Both the position numbers and the translations under genes were made by a program. From Hamiltosporidium tvaerminnensis FI-OER-3-3 (lineage: Eukaryota > Fungi > Microsporidia): a DNA stretch of 64,000 nucleotides. The DNA is taken from the NCBI GenBank assembly GCA_022605425.2, contig CM061249.1, forward strand, positions 682,001-746,000, given 5' to 3'. How positions within the stretch are numbered: the stretch's first letter is position 1; every line of letters starts with the position of its first letter. Under the pieces are notes generated by a model. The model saw nothing but the letters and a program-made list of their open reading frames with translations, searched no databases and had not been told where the DNA came from. Positions 58,743-64,000 of the stretch are shown piece after piece.

Positions 58743-59404
58743 AATCCTAACACAGAAAAAACCTACCTGTTCCTTAAATATATTTAGTCATTTGTTAGTT
58801 ATTTTTAAATTAATTTTTTTTAATTTGTGTAATATGAAAAGATATATTAAGTTTAAATTTTCTATCTTAAACTACATTTTACTATATAAATTATTATTCC
58901 AGAAACTGTAATTTTATTAATCGCTTTAATTTGAAGAAACAAAAAAAATAACAGCTATAAACATGCAATTATATTCTATACTAGTATATATCAATTAGTA
59001 CAATATATATGATAAGAATTGTAAATGCTAGTAGCATTCAATTTAGAAAGCAAATTCAGTTTATTATGATTTCCCTATAAAATATATCCTAAATATAAGA
59101 AATCTAAAGTGCTTGGAAAATATATAATGAAATCAATCGATAAGTAAATTAATATTTGTTACAAAGATCAATTTCCGATTCGAATTATAAAAATAAATTT
59201 ATTATCAGAATTTATTCGTTTATTTAACAACATTAAGAACGTTTTTTTTTTATGAAAATTCCTACGTTACCTTAGAAAAATATTAAAAATATAATTAAAA
59301 GAATAATGTATAAATAGTTTTAGATATGAAATTACAACAAGAACCGAAAAAGTTGAATAAATTATGCTTAACGACAAAAAAATCAAATATTGTTTTCTTC
59401 AGTA

Positions 59405-60128
59405 GAGTGGTAAAGTGAGGATGACCAACAAAAAACTTTTTGCTTGGGAATGTGTATCTGAACTGGGTAAAGATTATTGTACAGGTTTTTAGTGGGAATA
59501 AAACACACTACATTTTAGGTTATCTATACGATTCGTATGAGAGGAAAAAGTCTACGAAATGGAAAGAATTTTTGTAAAAATTTATTTTGTGGTATTTGTA
59601 TAAATAGATCGAAGACCGCGGCTGAATTTATAGGTAATTGTTGTTTAAAAGCTTAGAAAAATAGCCTTTCTCACTTGGGTTAGAAGACCTGGTGCCTGGG
59701 AAATACAAAAATAAAAACCATTTAAAGCCGGAAGAGCTAAGTAGCAGTTATACTTGTGGTATGGAATTGAAAAGTATAGGTGAATCCTATAAAAGTCGGC
59801 TAGATACATATTAACTACAAGTCTATTAGGTTCAGAAAGTGTAGAGTAAGTGGGAATGCTGCATAGTCTCTGGGGAGCCTAGACTGGGCTTCGACCTAGG
59901 ATCACACTTCATGCAAAGAACATTAATTAACTCTGGAAAACAGGCTCGCGTATTAATTCGTTTCTACACTCTTTTTAAATGATATATTTTGGGATGTAGG
60001 TATATTAGGAAGTACCAATAGATGCTGGGGCAGCAGTTATTTATCTTAAAGCTAGTGCTAGGTTAAAACCACGAAAACAATATAACGCTTGCTACTTTTA
60101 AAAAAAAAGTGATATTTTTTAAATAAAT
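59405..60128 (+). repeat. 720-bp interspersed element, copy I
   Basis: aaaaccatttaaagccggaagagctaagtagcag and ggttcagaaagtgtagagtaagtgggaatgctgcata. Confidence 0.9.
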
Positions 60129-60256
60129 CTTCAGTAGAATAAAAGTTAATTCATTAAAAAACAATATTAAAAATGAAATTATCAAATATTATTTTCATCT
60201 TCTCATTTATATATGCAATAAACTTATAAAAATATATCTTAGAACTATAGAATATA

Positions 60257-60492
60257 CATTCATTCATCCTTTGCACTACAGCCCTGTGCGAGCCTTGGCC
60301 TCCCTCAGTAATCCGCCCACCGGTCTTTTTCCAGTTGATTTGTTTCCTTTTTCGGTTTCGTAACAAGGTGGTTTTCAAGGATGTTGTTAGACCTACGCCC
60401 AACCCCAACATGATGGATCAGTTCCTTTTAGTCGCCTCTTACGACAAGCAGAGAATACTCCAAGCTAATTCTGCTCCCAGCATGGTGGGGAA
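60257..60492 (-). mobile_element. Bipartite RTE-derived non-autonomous retroelement
   Basis: GC-rich island. Reverse complement has RTE 5' motifs gtcgtaagaggcgactaaaagg and ggggttgggcgtaggtctaacaac, then an RTE ORF end LREAKARTGL* and an (atga)n tail. No TSD was seen. Confidence 0.75.
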
Positions 60493-61727
60493 CATGTTAA
60501 GACATAATCAGACATTAATCCGAAAAAAAAATGAATTTATACAATTATAAAAGAAGTATTAAGTAATTATGGGTAATAAATAGCATAGAAAATATTGCAT
60601 TGAAATAGAATCTGTAATTTCCTGAAATATATGTTCTTATTACAAATGGTAGAAGTAAGCAATGAAAGGTAAGGAATAACATGCATAAAAAGTTTTAAAT
60701 AAACATGTTGATATTAATAAAATATAGGCATTTTTTAAATATATATACTAAGATCTTATATATTTCTATGGAAAATTACAATAGTGTCCCAAAAACTAGT
60801 AACATTGTCATTCATATACATATAAACCCGACTTTCAATAATTTCGAGTAGAAATTATAGCAATAATGATTTTTTTGAAATTTATAGTGTCAATGAATTT
60901 AAACGACATATGAAAATTAAAAAAGAAGAAAAATAATCTTTACAAAATTATGTCAATTCACGGTTTGGTCCGAATCACTTGTGCTAACTCATTTTTAACA
61001 ATAAAAAACGGATATAAGACTGTGGATAAAAGTATTTTTAAGAATATTCTAAGGATATTGTAAAGTACGAAGGTGATAGACGATAAAAAGAAACGAAATT
61101 ATAATACAAAAAGTTACGAAGACTCAAAACGATTTTTTGAAAATTTAAGCTAATATTTCGAAACAGATGCAATAATAACATTGTGTATTTAGTAAATTAC
61201 TGACGCTTAAAAATAAAGCGAACAAAAAGATATAAATTCGGACGGTATATATATCTTTTATATAAAACAATAATTTTCCGGTAATTTTTCGCGAATAATT
61301 CAGCCGATTAACTCGATTGGCTAATATCAGCGAATCAATTAGGCCTGAAAGTAAAAATTGAATTTAAAGTATATGTTAAAAAAACAAACAGATTTTTTAA
61401 AATATACTTATATTATTTTTTATAATCAAATCTTAATACGCGTTACTTGCACCGAGCTGTTAAATCGATAATTATATTCTCAAAAAAACTGTGACACTAA
61501 GTCATAGAACAATACGGTGAACGATTATTAGAATGGTTTTATTATTAACATCGAAAGTATTGATATTTCGAAAATGAAATTCATAATAATAGTATAAATT
61601 AATTAATATGAGCCTTTGTTTAATTTAGAGGCATCAAAATAACTGATCAGAAGTTATGAATGTAACTAAGCATTAATAACCAAAAGATTATGATTAAAAA
61701 TATTAAAAAACAGTCTATTTTTTTAGT

Positions 61728-63421
61728 TTAGTTTTTAGGAATGTTATTTTACAAAATAATACAGTGCAAATTGTGACACTAAAAATTTTGAGCACCTGAG
61801 CTTTGATTATTTACGTCTTCCTTTCTTTTGAACAGATAGCACATCTTCACAGCGGAATTCTTTTAGTTGCGTGCAGGTATAAATTTAAAAAAGTGTTTAC
61901 CGGATAGGCGGATAGATTTTGGATTATGGTGCTGACCTTCTGACTTTAGAGATTATATGCTATGTTACATTTTTTCGAAAATTTGATCAATGCTTTCGCT
62001 AGCGTTATATCGATTTAATTTACTATTATTTTTCCTGCATAGTAAATACGAATTCAGAAATAGAATATATATAAGATAAAGAAAATTTTATTTGTAATAT
62101 TGCTTCATTCATTTTCGAGCAATTTTAAAAGATTCAATCATTCAATCGCTTTTTTCTACATTTCCTATTTGTTCACCATAATCAACAGCAACCTCCGGTT
62201 TCTTAATACAACATCCTTTTCTATATTTCTATAATTTTAGCACTATGAACTGAACCAAAGAGAATTACATCTCCTTTGCCATTTCAAAAGCATAATTTTG
62301 TCGTAAGTCATTGATATAACTGTTGTTTTTTTAGGGTAGTATTTTTTATATCAGAAGGAACTCCAATACGATTTTTTCGCATTATATATACTTAATCCGT
62401 TTTGTGAGCACAAAATTGATTAGCGAGCTCAATACTAGTATACCAATTATCAAAATAAATCTTGATCCCCGAATAACAGTTCATTAGCAGGTTCTAAACC
62501 GATAAGAGTCGACGGTTTATATTCAGTAAAATGTTGCGCTCTGTTCGATATCTTTACCGATCTATATAGAATAATTATGTACATAAGCTCATTTACTCTC
62601 GCATTGAACATAAAACATTATTTTTAAATGTCTCATTTTTTATGAAATGTATCGTTTCCACGAAAAAAGACTTTTTCATAACACCAGGCACTCAAAGATA
62701 CAGATATTTTGTTCAGGGATGTATAAATTTTTACACATTGTCAAAAAACATTCACCAATTTTTTAATTTAAGCAAGTTTATTGCTTTATATGTGCTTAAT
62801 CTCTTTTTTTATGGTTGAAATATAAAAATTTGAATAACAATAAGAATCTTTCTTAAGTCCCACACTTTCCCGAAAAAAAGGTGTTTCTATATTTATCTTT
62901 TGCAAAATGCACCTCTATCATTGATTTCTTTACAATTCCTTGCAAAATTAACATTGCGATAAAACATTTCATCTCAGTAATTTGTGGACTGCCAGTTTTT
63001 TATTCTTTAACTTTCTTTTAGATTGTGGGATTTGACGAATGTTGAGCAAACAAATAAGTTTGTTCTACAATTACAGATAATAATTTGCTATCAAAGAATT
63101 AGCCTTACTAGAACAAATATTTTTTTTTTGAAGAACCAGGTATCTCAAATTGAATTCCCAGAAAAGTTATAGGATGATTAAAATGTTTTTGTTTCGTTCA
63201 TCTATCATTCTTATCTTCCTCTTCGCCTAACATATCCTAATTTATCGAATTGTAATAACTCCTAAATCTTTCAGGAAACTTTATCGATAAACTCTCGCTG
63301 TCAGATAAATTTTCTAATACACCACTGCTACTATCATCAGAAGATATCAACAATATTAAGACATTTTTGTTTTCACCACAAGAAATTGCCTCATCATCAG
63401 TACTTCTCTCGAATTACTCAT
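61728..63421 (-). pseudogene. Degenerate piggyBac transposase
   Basis: Reverse-complement fragments IVEQT, ITEMKCFIAMLILQGIVKK, YIPEQNICI, RKNRIGVPSDIK, RLSGKHF and a C-terminal Cys cluster, with many stops and frameshifts. Confidence 0.8.
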
Positions 63422-64000
63422 TTTTTAAAAAATATAAATAAGATATTTTTGCACTTCACCACAGGAAATATTGCCATATCCCATCTACTACTACTACAAA
63501 TTACTCATTTTTAAAAAATATGAACCTGTAAACTTTCTTAATAGTATATATTTTACAATGACGCAATAGAAAAAAATACAGTAAACCAAGTGTTATAATA
63601 ACGTCTCTTTATGAACCACAAGAAGCAATTGAACTATGAACCTTCTTGTTTTCATCTATCCGTCCTAGCTTATAATATCACAGTATTAAGTTTAACAAGT
63701 CTCCACCTTTACTTTCTCCTTTGACAAACAAATGTATCACACATTTAAAAGATATTTTTACGAACCATAGGCTTTTTTCAAGATAGGAGGTATTCCATAT
63801 ATACACAACTTGTTAAAATTATGGAAGAGAAAATCTTAAAATACTTAAAATATTCGTAGAGAATATTACGTTTCACACTATATTTTTAAATTTGAAAGAG
63901 ATATTTAAAAGAAATCAATGCTATCCTAAAATTCTATTTGTTATCAATAAAGTTAAATATTTATTTGTATAAGCGTGTATATATGCCATACGCAGTTAAA

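Overview
Very AT-rich eukaryotic DNA with no introns detected, most consistent with a large-genome microsporidian (Hamiltosporidium-like; an inference from divergent fungal-type genes, a CCC motif just before start codons, secreted LRR genes and the transposon load). Core genes: a Rua1_C/DUF4451 Zn-finger protein, a Ser/Thr kinase, Prp6-like, Nuf2, Sec1, a V-ATPase c''-type proteolipid, a LisH/CTLH protein, a Ctr copper transporter, a DEAH helicase, a Cwc23-like J protein, Ask1-like, Mnd1 and Vip1. Candidate effectors: a signal-peptide-bearing HAD nucleotidase, a secreted LRR gene, an LRR pseudogene and an orphan secreted protein. There is also an intact triosephosphate isomerase paralogue that has lost its catalytic residues. 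Mobile DNA: an intact DD34E Tc1/IS630 transposon with tandem-repeat TIRs, a piggyBac relic, several fragments of an RLE-type non-LTR retrotransposon, and short RTE-derived non-autonomous elements with target-site duplications. The most striking unexplained structure is a ~720-bp non-coding interspersed element present 9 times (~10% of the window). Its ~110-bp head also occurs inverted on a second repeat family, giving TIR-like pairs, one of which encloses a host gene. Direct copies of it bracket both LRR genes. All alignments and identities were judged by eye.
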